Below are positions 41,057 through 54,980 of a stretch of DNA of 64,000 nt, piece by piece. The stretch comes from Chrysomallon squamiferum (lineage: Eukaryota; Animalia; Mollusca). Numbering within the stretch: the stretch's first letter is position 1; each line of letters begins with the position of its first letter. The position numbers and the translations under genes were made by a program. A model generated the notes under the pieces. The model made no database searches and had not been told where the DNA came from. It worked only from the letters and a program-made list of their open reading frames with translations. The stretch lies in contig CM022672.1 in the NCBI GenBank assembly GCA_012295275.1, forward strand, positions 30,566,001-30,630,000, read 5' to 3'.

Positions 41057-42084
41057 GTCATCTGAAAAGGATGAAAGTAAGCAATAAATGCCTGTAATAA
41101 ACACATTCGTTAGCCCTGTCTCAGTCATTGACAAAGATTTTGTTTATTTATGTTACTGATTTTTACAAGTCGAAAATTCCTCAATTTTTATAATCTCGCA
41201 CCGTTTAATTTATAATTACTAAAATTATTTAATATTAAGAAAATGAAACAGAACACTGAGGTATGTATGTGTGTGTGTAGATATACCATGAATTCATTTA
41301 AACATTTCTGATTATGATCATCTATGCTACTAACATGTTTTACAATCAGATTTAATTTTTCTATCTTCATTAATTACTAACCTGGACATGGCTCTCTATT
41401 ACAGGGAACAACTTTCACTTCAGTTCTTTCTCCTTCCCATGACTTTCCACCATTTTTAGGAGAAGGATTATCACATGTTCTGCTTCTTGACTGCTTTTTG
41501 TATCCTGTTCCACACAGTTTTGAACATTCAGTAACATTCTTCCATTCCGACCAAGTACACCAACCAGCATCAACTGTTAATAATATAAATTTGTATTTAT
41601 ATCTGGTAACTGAATTGAAAACAAATGAAATTAAAACGTAGATGTAAACTATTGTTGATCTACACTTCAGTCTATTTCATTTTGTATTTTTAGAGATTTA
41701 ATCATCAAAAATCTTAATGATAGTTAAGTGATGGCAACAATAATAGTTTGATTTTAACTGAACTATAAGAAAAATTATAATTTAGTTTCAAAACATCTGT
41801 TTTGAAGATATTCAAAAGACATATCACAAATTGTTATCAACTCTAGGCGCTAGTGATATTCTAAACTAAATAATTAATTATTAAAACGTTTTATGCTTAT
41901 CAACTTCAACAATTCGTTTATTTATTAATTCATTTATATACTTATGTACTAAATTATTCCTTAGATACTTATCTATATATATATATATTTACCAATTATC
42001 ATATCTATTTGTCTACTTACATATCTATACACTAATATATACTTTTACTTAGATATTTCCTTATATTCATTATTACAAATTTAT

Positions 42085-42115
<31 letters not shown>

Positions 42116-43701
42116 CATTCAAACTACATATACTCTTACATGTGCATATTAAGAGAATATATAAACATACATCACGCACACACACACGTACATCTACCTG
42201 CCTTCCTACCTACCCATATATATATATATTTATACACAACATATAGATGTAAACACACAGTCACATGTACTCGTTTATTAATTATGAGACAGAAAACTTA
42301 CAAGGTATATGAGGTGATGGATTGTTGAACGACCTGGTCCTTTCCGGCCGTTTCATTCCAAATCCACATGGTTTAGGAGAGCCACTGCTGTCAACGCAGG
42401 AAGACCAGCTCCTCCATCCACCATTATCTAATCATAAATAAAATACTGAAGTTTATAATAAATTTAAATTACAGTTAAATGATTGGAGCAGAGGCTTTTG
42501 GCCTCATATTATGTCTTAGGAAGTAAGAACTTCAATTTACCCACTGGGCTATTTCCCATTTCTGCAGCTACCACATTACGTATTTATCAAATAGAGTGGT
42601 ATCTGGTTTTCTAACTTCAAAAATGTAAAGCATGTAAATAATTTTTAATGGTTATTCAGTGAAAAGTGTTGATTGAAATATTTTTTTGTTCTTTTCTGTT
42701 TCCTTTCATTTTTTTTTTTCCATCAACTGACAAAACATAAATGGCAGACATTAAATAAATGTTAAATGCACTCGATTGTCCTCCTGAAAAATCCCAACTA
42801 AACGTAACTAACAAATAACACTAATGCTTTCTGCCTAAAGTAAAAGAAGAGTGGAGTAATGCTCTATTTAGTATCCAAAGAAACTCGAGTAAGACAAACC
42901 ATTTACGTTAATCAGATTTGTAAACATTTTATTAGTTTGTGAAAAACGAATGTTAATGAATTGTAAAGCAGCAAGATACACAAATCATTTGTAAGGAATT
43001 GTTAAGTTACAGCAGAGGCTAACATTGTTGAGTTTTACTTACTTTCAGATGCTGCTCTTTAACAGCGTTATGTTGTTGTGTTATACTTACTAAAATATTT
43101 TCGCCGGAAAAGCCGCCAAGCTTCACAGGAGACCAATAATACACATACGATTAACAGTGTAAAGAGTTTCATCTATGAGAAATACAGAAAAAAAATATAT
43201 ATAGATAGACAGATGCACACATACATAGTATGCTTACAGACACAGACATACTCACACAGATATATAAAGATGAAATCTGGTCACAAAAGAAAATACGAAT
43301 GCCGTTGAAATCTCTTTCAGCCTCCTTGAAAAAAAGGATAAACATATTATCTCACATAAATAAAAAATAAAAATAAATTAATAAATATAATTATTAAAAA
43401 TATCAAACAAACAACCAAAGCAAAATAAATAATTTTATTTAAAAATAAAGTATAATTTACCTTCCGATTCCAGATTGTTTGGATCTGTTGTATGTACAAA
43501 TTTAAAAACTACAAATAGATGAATGGTGAGTAAGGTGACGCTATGACTGTGAACAAACACTGAGTTATACTTACTTGCAGTTCGTGCAGGTGGTGCAGGT
43601 GCTGCCCTATAACGCCTACGACGGCCACTCCACCAATCCGTGATGAATGCCTCAGTACAGACCAATAGTACACACAAGTTTAACAGTGGAAACAGTTTCG
43701 T
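41057..43701 (-). pseudogene. TSR-CBM14 paralog D (pseudogene) with two tandem signal-peptide exons
   Basis: Signal exon 43575-43701 starts with ACG instead of ATG. A second signal exon is at 43091-43172 ([27 protein letters not shown]). The type-a TSR exon ~42311-42427 is truncated and has lost Cys residues, and the type-b exon is absent. The type-c exon 41382-41573 has a Cys->Trp change. The CBM14 exon is deleted except for its acceptor and first ~5 nt at ~41057-41063. Confidence 0.85.
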
Positions 43702-46700
43702 CTGTGACAGAATACAGAAATAATATAGATAAACAGAAACATATGCACAGATATATAATATGCTAGAGACTCACAAATACACACATCAATAAAGATGAAA
43801 TCTGGTCACAAAAACAAAATATCACAACATTTGAAATTTCTTCCAACCTCCTTGAGAAAAGGATAAACATAGCCATACCAGATCAACATTATGTTCAGTT
43901 GTAAGTAATAAAATTCTAGTGGTATCTTCATGCAAACTCCTCATTTATTCAGTTATTCATATATACAAGAACTACTGCAGTTTCTCAACACAGCTTTTCA
44001 TTAGTTTCACTCTTCAGTTTTAATTTCTATCACCACATGATCGTGTTGTCGTGATAGGCTAAATCCCAAATTAGAATAATTAAAACCTTTGACTCACAAA
44101 TGGTAACTTCAAAATGTTATTTTTACGGGATTCTTTAAATGACTTGTTATAGTATTCAGGTTTACTGAAATTACGCAAACAATAATAATATTTTAATCAA
44201 GACTATGATGTTTTTAACATAATTGCTTAAACAAAAACAAGAAATAATAATAATAATATTAATAATAATAAACATTTATATATATTTATGTAAGACATGT
44301 ACTTTGTGATGATTTATATATCTTGCCACCATTAATCTATCACTGTACATTAGTAATCAGAAATAACAATTCCATTGAAAAGCTGAGAGTCTGATTAAAA
44401 CAACCATTTACAACCATGTTCTTATTATTAAATGTTTTTCAATAGTTACCTTGTCAGGACTGCACAACCCAAATCTTTGTTCGTATTTAAAGAGTACCTT
44501 TGCTGACAAGTTACATTTCACATTTTCTTTCTTGCTGTCCAGTGTTAATAATGAAGTATAAAAACAAGAGAATACTTTTAAAATATCTGACCGCCACCAT
44601 TTTTGTTTTCGAATAACATCATCATGTTTAGGATTCACGAATGTTTTGTGTGCCTAAAATGTAAAGGGATGGGGTGAACGACTGGAATTAGTTATCTCAT
44701 TTAGTCAAAATAACCTGACATGAGAAACATATACCATCAATTGATTCACTCAGTGAACAGAGTAAACAATATGGATTGCCTTTTACACTTAAATATATGT
44801 GATGATTTGCTTGTATACTAGTAAATGTAAATGACTTTGGTATCAAGATTAGGAATGAATTAATGTTAACAGTACCTTGTCATTTTACAATACTAACAAC
44901 TGTTTTCTGTCATTCATATTTATGACCTAAATTAACCAATGGGAAAATAATTAGAGTAAATATATTAAATATCAATAAACTTAAAAACAAATTTATTCTT
45001 TTGCTGTATATATCTTAATATAAAATTTGTTATTTTTTTATTTTCTCATGAAATGATTAAAATAAAAAGTAAACAAATCTCAAAAGAAACAAACACACCC
45101 ATGAAATAAATTACGTGGATAAGACCATCGAACCATAAAGTTTTTTTAACTTTTGGCTTCTTTATAAATTAAAAATATTCTACAAATATATGTGCTTAAA
45201 TGTACTGATGGAAAATTGGATTGGATGGGAACTGTACTATGAATTTCTTGAGGGGGAGGGAGCGATAACAGATATCAAATATAGTTCATTTTTTTAAATA
45301 TACTCTTTATGCAATAACATATATATATATATATATATATATAATCGCAGGGATACATTAATTCTACTTCACTCATTAAAGATAACCCTTTTTCAAAGTA
45401 TATTTTTGACTTTGATGTATTAGTAATAATACATATGTAAGGATTATGTCTGAATTAAATTTATTAACACAGTTATGAAGAGTTTCTTTGTTATCTAAAA
45501 CAGTTCAAGATTTAAAACAGCACTTTGTCATGTTCCCCGATTAGTCATTCTGCCATAATTGGATTATCAAAATCGAAATAATATTATATTTTGTTAGTGA
45601 ATTATAAATAGCCATTAATAATTACTATTAAATACCTCAAGGAAAAAACTGGATAGTTTTAAATGTGAAATGTGTTGCTAATGTGCCATATCTTTTAAAA
45701 GAAACATCAGTAACAAAGAAATATTTAATTTGACTGCAGTCACCAGAGCAGTTTATAACATTTTTGACACGGTCCTGAAATCCTTGATCTGCCCTGAGTT
45801 TATGGATGATGCAAAGTTTATGCATTATCTCTCATAGAAACTTTAAACAGTGAGCCCAGCTGTTGAACACTATTGTCTGTTCTTGATTGATTGCATTAAA
45901 TGATTGACAACGAAACTTCTCAAATGTCAGTTTTACATGAATCACTTTATTTGATAACAGATTTCACAAAATATTTGATTTCAGTAACACCTGAATTTCT
46001 GTGTCCTTTAAACAATGATAGATACTGTTTCTCAATGTTTGCAGCGTTGAAGCAGTAGTAGATGGAGTTTGAGGTTTCAAATTTCGAAGTTTTAACACTG
46101 ATAAACAGCTAAATCTGTACTGGTCCAGCGCTTATATTGTCCCACTCAGTATTAGGCCCCAGCAGTGCTCACTGTTTCAGAAATATCAAAATCAGCTGCA
46201 ATTGTTTTGAATCTATCGTACACAGAAAGTTGTTTTCACGCCATTCTGCCATAACTGGATTATCAAAATTGAAAGAATATTATATTTTGTTAGTGAATTA
46301 GAAATAGACATTAATAACTACTATTAAATAGCATGAGGGAAAAAAATGCTTTGAAAATTTAATGTCAAACTGTTCTGTATGACTTTAGAATATGAAATTT
46401 GTTGGTAATGTGCCACATCTGTCAGTTTACACATTTCATGATCAAAGGTGTAAAAATAATTTAGGAAAGTCGGCGATTTGAACACATCATCCAGACCAAC
46501 ATCAACATATCATTCATTCGTCATTCGGAAATTGTTGTAAAGAGAAATCTTCAAACTTGATGATTTTCCACACAACCCAAGTTTGTGCTGACCTTGCTTT
46601 GCTAAAGCAGTCTAGAAGAAATTTTAATGATGATGATAGTGAAAATGATGAATATGATAACATTGCTTTTTTAAGAAGGTTTAGTCAAAAGGATTAGAAT

Positions 46701-47000
46701 AGAAAGACAGCAATAATATAAAATGTTTTAAGAATGTTTTATGTAAAAAGGATGGAAAACAGGAACTAAATTCCTTTATGCATATTCATTTTCTTACCAC
46801 AAATGATTTTTTTCTTCATCCTGAATAAAACAAAAGTTTGCATTTACAGGCCCATACTTAAAGCATTCAGTCTTCTATGAAGGTTTATTTTATTAATATT
46901 ATTAGTCTGTATAGTATCATGTAAAATAGTATTTTGAATCTGTAGGCAAATAAGAAAATGTTAACAAGTCTCGATTTTAGCATATTGATTTTATGACTAC

Positions 47001-48130
47001 CTTTTGTACTTTTGTAATAATCCTTGCATCCAGGTTTCAGTCCATACTGACATCCATTACTTGTGCTAGGTTTAAAGGCTTCATTGTTATAGTAGGATAC
47101 AATGATATATGTTTAAACTGAAAGACACGATGCTGTTGTTGTCATTGGCGTTGATGCGGTCATTCGTGTTGTTGCTGCTGTTATTGCTGGTGTTTTCGTC
47201 TTTATCTTCTTTGGCTGTTATAAAATAAATAACTAAAAAAATGCTGGTGACAATAATGAGTAAAACATAAATAATTCACGTTGGTCTTAGCATAAACTCT
47301 TCTATTTTACAACGAAATTTGATTACTAGCAACCGTGTATTGACAATATAATAGCAATCTGTGATCTACTAGAAAGCCCTGAACAACAATTAAATATGGT
47401 GGAACATAACCCAGTTAAACAGACTGTTGTAATATTTGTAAATGTGTATCATAACTTATAACCCTACTAAACTGGAACATAATTATAATTGATTTAATGC
47501 AACTACACTATCAAAAAACATGAAATCTTGTACTAAAATCAGTTAATTAAAATTATTTTCTTACTTTTCTTTTCTTTTTAAAGAAATAAATATAATTAGT
47601 GTAATTAAACATTACATTAATGATAAGAGTAAAATAATAATAAAAAATAATAAATGAATGTTCAGTGACTCCTCAGAATAAAAAGAAAAAAAAATAAAAA
47701 TAAACAGATTGGCTATTGAGTTATAATAAAGTAATTAATGAATTAAGTGAAAACGAAGGAAGGAAGGTCAAAGTAAAGGGACTTACTAGCTGAAAGTCTG
47801 ATGGCAGGTAGAAGAGGCAGGCTGAATAGTCAGAATAATTCTCACTGCTTTGATTGTTGATTTTCAGAAAAGAACAAAGTGACTTGTGAATGTGTTTGCA
47901 TGTGAAGTAGCCTGAACACCAGTCACTTTCAGTGCAGCTTGTTGCACAGATGATGACACCCATTCTTGTTCACTGACTGTAAAATTTATTTGTGATTCTT
48001 GAAATTCTAGTCGAGCATCAGTTTTCTGGAAAAATAGTATCTCTGGTTCAGTCTGCAGACAATAGCATTTGACAAGAAACTGGAAAAGAATAAAGAGTAG
48101 CAAACAAAGAGAAGCTGTTGTCGTCTTCAT
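47001..48130 (-). pseudogene. Decayed secreted-protein gene: signal peptide + Cys-rich PAN/apple-like segment + Thr-rich exon
   Basis: Exon 47787-48130 reads MKTTTASLCLLLFILFQFLVKCYC...(frameshift near 47965)...GVIICATSCTESDWCSGYFTCKHIHKSLCSFLK...DFQL|gtaagt. Exon 47001-47214 reads ag|PKKIKTKTPAITAATTRMTASTPMTTTASCLSV*TYIIV...GCQYGLKPGCKDYYKSTK|gt, with TAA at 47113-47115. Phases are compatible after one frameshift correction. The domain identity is an inference from Cys spacing. Confidence 0.55.
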
Positions 48131-49049
48131 GCGTGTTGTCATCATCAGTCCTTTGAAAAACGTTCTAGTTCTATCAAGTGTGTGACTTGTACAGAGCCTA
48201 AATATATATTTTGACTATGGTTTACAAACAGTCTTATTTGTATATAAATCAGTGTTTTGGCTTTAGATAATGCCTTTTTTTCATTAAATCAGGGTTTCGT
48301 TTTCTTTACATGGTCCAACATGAAATGGTTTTGTTTTGAATGGAGTCTTGATTACTGAATGGACACATACCATCCTTGCATTTATTCTAATCAATGCGAT
48401 CACATTTAAGATTATAATGGGTTAGAGGAAATTAACGGGAGTAATTTACTTTCAGAAAATTATATATTGTGTACATGTTTCCATGGAACATAAAAACCAC
48501 CAATAGATTCTTGAAACAAAGGAAAAGCATTACAAAGAAAGAGTATGGGTAAATGTATTTTATTCTGTACAGTTGCTTTATAAATTTAAACACAAAGGGA
48601 ACAACATTTTTGCTTTAGCAAAACTTCGTAAAGACAAAATGCGATATAAAGAAAAGATTGTAAGTAAATGTCCCTTACTCTGTAGAATTATTTTCTCAAC
48701 ATGAACAATAACAAATATTACTGTTTTTACACAACATCATTAGTCAGAAAACGACATGCTACTGACTAAACTATAAACTTTTGCTCTAAACAACAATAGT
48801 CAGATTGCTATGTTTGTACTCAAATTCATTTGAAGTAAATATCTTTAATGTTTTTGTTCTGTACTTGTACTGCAATCAATATTCACAGAATATTCTAAAA
48901 CAAATTTAAATGCTCACATTTTTCTTAATGCATGCTATAACAATCCCTTTAATATATTTACACACACATACAAACACACAGACACACACACACACTAATC
49001 AGTAATTAATTAAACTATTGATACAGGATTCACAAAAGAAAAAAGAAAT

Positions 49050-49168
49050 GCTACTAAAGTGTTACTTGTGTAATGTTACATGTATGTATATGTGTTACTA
49101 AAGTGTTATTTGTGTATTGTTACATGTGTGTATAGTAGTAGCTAAAGTGTTACTTGTATACTGTTACA

Positions 49169-49207
<39 letters not shown>

Positions 49208-49330
49208 TACTAAAGTTTACTTATGTACTGTTGTTACATGTGTGTATATATGTTGCTTGTGTACTACTGTTACATATGTGTATGTGTGTTACTAAAGTGT
49301 TGCTTGTGTAGTGTTGCATGTGTGTATATG
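49050..49330. repeat. Degenerate ~44-bp minisatellite (ctaaagtgttacttgtgtactgttacatgtgtgtatatgtgtta); inverted copy at ~25355-25510
   Basis: ctaaagtgtta recurs at ~49053, 49098, 49142 and, in variant form, 49210 and 49292. Confidence 0.7.
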
Positions 49331-50998
49331 TGGATATTGTATTAAGGCTCAGCCTATTTTAATTCAGACTTCCTTTTAAGAATATTTTGCATCACTCTTA
49401 TCTCAGTAATTAAGATACTATAAATTATTATTATTTGTTTCCACTGACATCACTAGTTTGTCTTATATACATAAGCATTTAACGTAACATGAGTTTTTGT
49501 TTGCTTCGCTATTTACGGAGGCCAGTGATAAAAAGTGTTCCAAGTTATTTTCACTGTATTTCAGTTAGCTATCTGTGATATAAAGTTTATAATCTACAGT
49601 TCAAAGTAAAACCTTCATTTTTTTTCTAGTGGAACGTATTTATTTGGCCTTTGTTGCTTCAGTGAGGAAAATGGAAAATGATCGAAAAAGCAAATTTGTT
49701 GACGTCTTATGAAAACCATTTGTATTTCATAAACTATTCTTTGTATCTAAAATTAATTTAAACGAAAAATCAGCAACAAATAAATCATTAATGTTAGACG
49801 TATCCCTGGAGTCCTTCATCTGCCCTGATTTTATGGATGATGCAAAGTTTATGCATTATCTCTGATAGAAACTGTAAACAGTGAGCCCAGCTGTTGAACG
49901 CTATTCTGTGTTTTTCACTGATTGCATTGAATGACTGAGGACGAAATTTATCAAATGTCAGTTTTGCATGTATCAGTTTACTTGATAACAGATTTCACAA
50001 ATTATTTTATTTCAGCAACACCTGAATTTCTGTATCCTTTAAACAAAGATGTATAATGTTTCTCAATGTTTGTAGTGTTGAAGCATGGATGACTACTAGA
50101 TGGAGTTTGAGGTTTCAAATATCAAAATTTTAAAACTGATAAACTGTGCAAAGCTGATGGGGAGAGGATGGCCAAAGCAACAGATGGTCAAAGAAATGAT
50201 TCTCTTCACCTTTCTCACGAGACCTGAAGCGGGACATCATATTATGATAAACATTATTACATTCAACTGTATATAAATATACAAATACGTATAAATGAAT
50301 AACAGAAAACAATTGTTAGTATTATAAAATGATGAGGTACTGTTTACATTAATTCATTCCTAATCTTGATACCAAAGTATACAAGAAAATCATCACATAT
50401 TTTTAAGTTTCAAAGAGTTTTTATACTTCATTATTAACACTGGACAGCAAAAAAAAAAATGTGAAATGTAAATTGTCAACAAAGGTACTCTTTAAATACG
50501 AACAAAGATTTGGGTTGTACATTCTTGACAAAGGTAACTATTAAAAAACAGTTATTAGCAAGAACATTAAAATGTTCTTAATATAGTTTTTGTAAATGGT
50601 TGTTTTAATCAGACTGTCAGCTTGTGAGTACAATTGTTATTTCTGATTACTAATATACAGTGATAGATTAATGGTGGCAACATACATAAATCATCACAAA
50701 GCACATGTCTTACTTAAATATATATAAATGTTTATTATTATTTTATTATAATTAATATTATTATGATTATTATTACCATGAATAATCCTTTAAATGCTTT
50801 ACATTTTTACATTTAGAAAACCAATACCACTGTATGTGATAAGTACATAATGTGGTAGCTGCAGAAATGGGTAATAGCCCAGTGTGTTAATTCAAGACGT
50901 TACTTCCTAAGACATAATATGAGGTCAAAAGCCTTTGCACCAATCATTTAACTGTAATTTACATTTATTATAAACTTCAATATCTTATTTATGATTAG

Positions 50999-52908
50999 TT
51001 AATGGTGGCTGGAGCAGCTGGTCTTCCTGGGTTGACACCAGTGACTGTTCTAGGCCATGTGGATCTGGAATCAAAGAGAAGGAAAGGACTAGATCGTGCA
51101 ACAATCCGCCACCTCGAAATGGTGGAAGTTCCTGTCAGGGGTCCAGTTTTGAGACACGGACTGTGATTTGCAATACACACAAATGTGGAGGCGAGTGTTA
51201 TATTAATGTCAATAATAAAAAAATTATACAGAGCATATCCTTTGGTTATTTATACGTATGCAATTATATATGTAAATATTAAAGCAAGCATGTACAACGC
51301 AAATAAATATATTTGTAATTATGAATGAAAGGAAATATCTAAGTAAAAGTATATATTAATGTATAGATATGTAAGTAGATAAATAGAAATGATAGTAGGA
51401 AAATATATAGCTACATAAAGATGTAAGGATTAATTTAGTACATAACTATATAATTGTTAAATAAATATATAACTGAATATGTAAGTCTATAAATAAATTA
51501 ATAAATATAAAAGTAGGCCTGTTCATATATGAATTAGTAGATAAGAATCTATTAAATATAGAAGTAATGAAATCAGTGACCCTAAAATGATTTCTCAACA
51601 GAATCGTCTTTTCTTGGTTTCATCTGATTCTTCACTTGTAAATTCTAGCAAACTCTTTATTTTACAGTGGATGGTGGGTGGGCATCTTGGTCAGATTGGT
51701 CATACGATGAATGCAGCAAAACTTGTGGAGGTGGAATTCAAGTGGGAATCAGGAGCAGAAATTGCACTAATCCAGTGCCTGCCTATGGTGGACATTGGTG
51801 CAATGGATCTAGCACTGAAAACCAAACATCCAGCTGTAATATGCAAGCATGTCCAAGTAATTTGATATACATTTATCCATTATTATCAATAGAGAGATCT
51901 TTTCAAAAAATGAAGTGTTGAAGTTGATAAGCATAAAACGTTTTAACGATTAATTATTTAGTTGATAACAATTTGTGATATGTCTTTTGAGTATGTTCAA
52001 AACAGATGTTTTGAAACAAAAAAAATAAGTATTTTTATAGTTCAGTTAAAGTCAAACTATTAATTTTGCCATCATTTAACTGCCATTAAGATTTTTGATG
52101 ATTAAGTCTCTAAAAATAAAAAATGAAATAGACTGAACTGGGGATCAACAATAGTTTACATCTATGTTTTAATTTCACTTGTTTTCAATGCATTGACCAG
52201 ATATAAATACAAATTTATATTATTAACAGTTGATGGTGGTTGGAGTACTTGGTCGGAATGGAATAATGTTATTGAATGTTCAGAACTCTGTGGAACAGGG
52301 TACAAAAACCAGTCAAGAAGCAGAACATGTGACAATCCTACTCCTACAAATGGTGGAAAGTCATGTGAAGGAGAAACAACTGAAGTGAAAACTGTTCCCT
52401 GTAATACAGAGCCATGTGGTTCTGGTTAGTAATTAATGAAGATAGAAAAATTAGATCTGTGTGTAAAACATGTTAATAACTAACACTATGTCATAATCAG
52501 AAATGTTTTTATAATTTCATTATAAACGTACACACATACATACATAACTCAGTGTTCTGTTTCATTTCTTAATATTAAACAATAATTTTAATATTCTTAA
52601 GTCAGTATAAATTAAACAGTCCGAGATTATTAAAATTGTAGAATTACCTATTTGTAGAAATCAGTAATATAAATAAACAAAATCCTTGTCAGTGATTCAC
52701 ATAGAACTGATGACAATGTTTATTACAGGCATTTATTGTTTACATTCGTCCTTTTCAGATGGCTGTCCCAAAGTAGGAGTTATCTTCATAGCTGGAAAGA
52801 CTTGTGGTCATTTCGTCCTGTTTTTCAAAGATGTGGGTTACAAAGATTTTGTCCATCAGGAACTGTTTGGGACACCAAAAATCAGCTTGTTCAGTTGGTA
52901 AATGCTAA
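50999..52908 (+). pseudogene. TSR-CBM14 paralog E (inverted copy, pseudogene): 3 TSP1 repeats (a,b,c) + frameshifted CBM14 exon
   Basis: Exons 50999-51190 (donor is GC, gcgagt), 51668-51856, 52230-52424, 52759-52908. The last exon is 150 nt versus 152 in paralogs (two 1-nt deletions, third Cys->Phe). No signal-peptide exon upstream: intron-like sequence joins upstream flank at ~50775. Confidence 0.85.
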
Positions 52909-53889
52909 TTTGTGTCAGAGCTATTGCATATATAAGACGATCAAAAGAAAATAATAATATAAAATTAATACAGCTTGACATTTGCTATGTATGTATGTAT
53001 ATTTTGTGCTTTATTTTCATTATTATGATATTATTACAGATATTTTCCATGGTTAATGAAATATCTGTAGCACTTTTCAACATTATTTTAAAAACAGTAT
53101 TTCCCACTTCTGTGGATCAAATTAATACTTTGATATAAAGTTTAATATTTATAATTTTTATTATAGTGAAGAGATATGTTTTGAAAATTAGGTAGTAATC
53201 TCACTGAACATGAAGTAGAATAATAATCTACTTAGTATTAAGTAGTAAAATAATCCTCTCTTCATATTCTTCGTGTGAGGTGAATTGTTCAACATCAGTC
53301 AAGTTTCGTCAGCTCAATCCAGATTTTGTGTATTGTGATTTGGAAAAGATGATACAGGTTCAAATAGTAATTACAAAAAAAAATAACAAGAACATTTTTA
53401 GTTATAGGTAATTCAACAATTTGATCATACAAGGTTAATTTGAATGAATCGAAAGCTCTTTGAAGTAATTAAACCACCAAAGTTACATGTTATTATGGAC
53501 AATCTTTCCTCACGATTTAATTCTTTTTTTAAGTGAATGCTAATTTAATTATATATATCAGATATGTAAACGAAGGTTAATTAAATATATAGACCTTTAG
53601 AAATATTTTAAGTTCCTCATTCACATAAATCCGAAGTTAAAATAAAACTGCCTGTGAATATATCTATCAATCAAGTCTGACATAAATGGAAAAACTTATT
53701 TAATTGTTTATGTTTATATGTTTAAATTATGATTTACAAGAACTACTACTCTGAATCAAAATGGATATTGCACTATATATATAAATATAGACAGATAAAT
53801 AGATTGCTACATATAATTATTAATGTAGGTAAATTCAAATTATGAATTACGGGAACTGTAACTCTGAATCAGAATTAACACGTTACTGG

Positions 53890-54290
53890 TATTTGAATTG
53901 AAACATTATTAATAAGATATCTCAGTTGAATTGGATGACATGTACACAATAATTGGAAAGTTCAAGAGAAGAATACAATATTTGGATTAGCTTTTATCAC
54001 AAATCTGTTTCCTACAGAAAAGCAGACATAGAACCACATCTAGAAGGTTCCCTGTTTTTAAAACAATAACCATCATTGAAAAAAAAAAAAAACACTTAAT
54101 TAAATTTGAATCGGAACATTATTAAAAAGACTCTCAGTTGAATTGGATGACAAAAACCAAACATGTTGAAATTTCTAATAATACAATATTTAAATTAGCT
54201 TTTATCACAAATTATTTCTTACAAAAAGCAGAAGTGAAAATCTACATCTAGAAGGTTCCCTTTTTTTAATTTAATAAGCACCATCATAAT
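53890..54290 (+). repeat. Two-copy tandem duplication, ~212-bp unit
   Basis: tctcagttgaattggatgaca at ~53920 and ~54132; acatctagaaggttccct at ~54035 and ~54244. Confidence 0.75.
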
Positions 54291-54901
54291 AATAAAAATA
54301 ATAATCATAATCATAATTAAATCATAATAATGAAACGACTTCGTGTCAATAAGTAAAAATAAAAAAGAGAAAAACAAATATAAAAACAATGTTGATAATT
54401 TCTAATAATATAAACTCACTAAATTAAAAAGTGAAAAATACCAACAACAACACTACTAAAAACATTTTTAAATAAAAATGATTTAATTTCATTTCAGTAA
54501 TATAATAACATTTATAATAATAATATACTGTGTTAATAATGCATTCGTGTAATGAATGTAATAAAATCATGGATTTATAAAATAATCAGTGACTCATCAT
54601 CAAACAATAACAACAAAATAATTAATTTACTAAGAAATTGTACCATCTATACATCACAACTGATTTAAACACAAGGCTGCATTTGAATATATATATATAT
54701 ACTATGTTTATATACACATTCGTGTCTGAATGTAGAGAAATCATAGATTTTAAAAAACAATCAGTGACTGTTCAAACAAAGAATGTCTCAGGAATTTAAT
54801 TATTTATTGTTTAAGAATCTGTATCATCAAAAGATGTTTACATCGACAATCATGATTTAAACTATTCGAGGCTGTTTTATTTTATTTCATTGTTTAATAA
54901 T

Positions 54902-54980
<79 letters not shown>

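Noticed and set aside
46430-46700. Plus-strand stretch ending in an acidic C-terminus-like reading (DDDSENDEYDNIAFLRRFSQKD*)
   Set aside because: Too short and interrupted to assign; possibly a transposon 3' remnant, but no recognisable motif.
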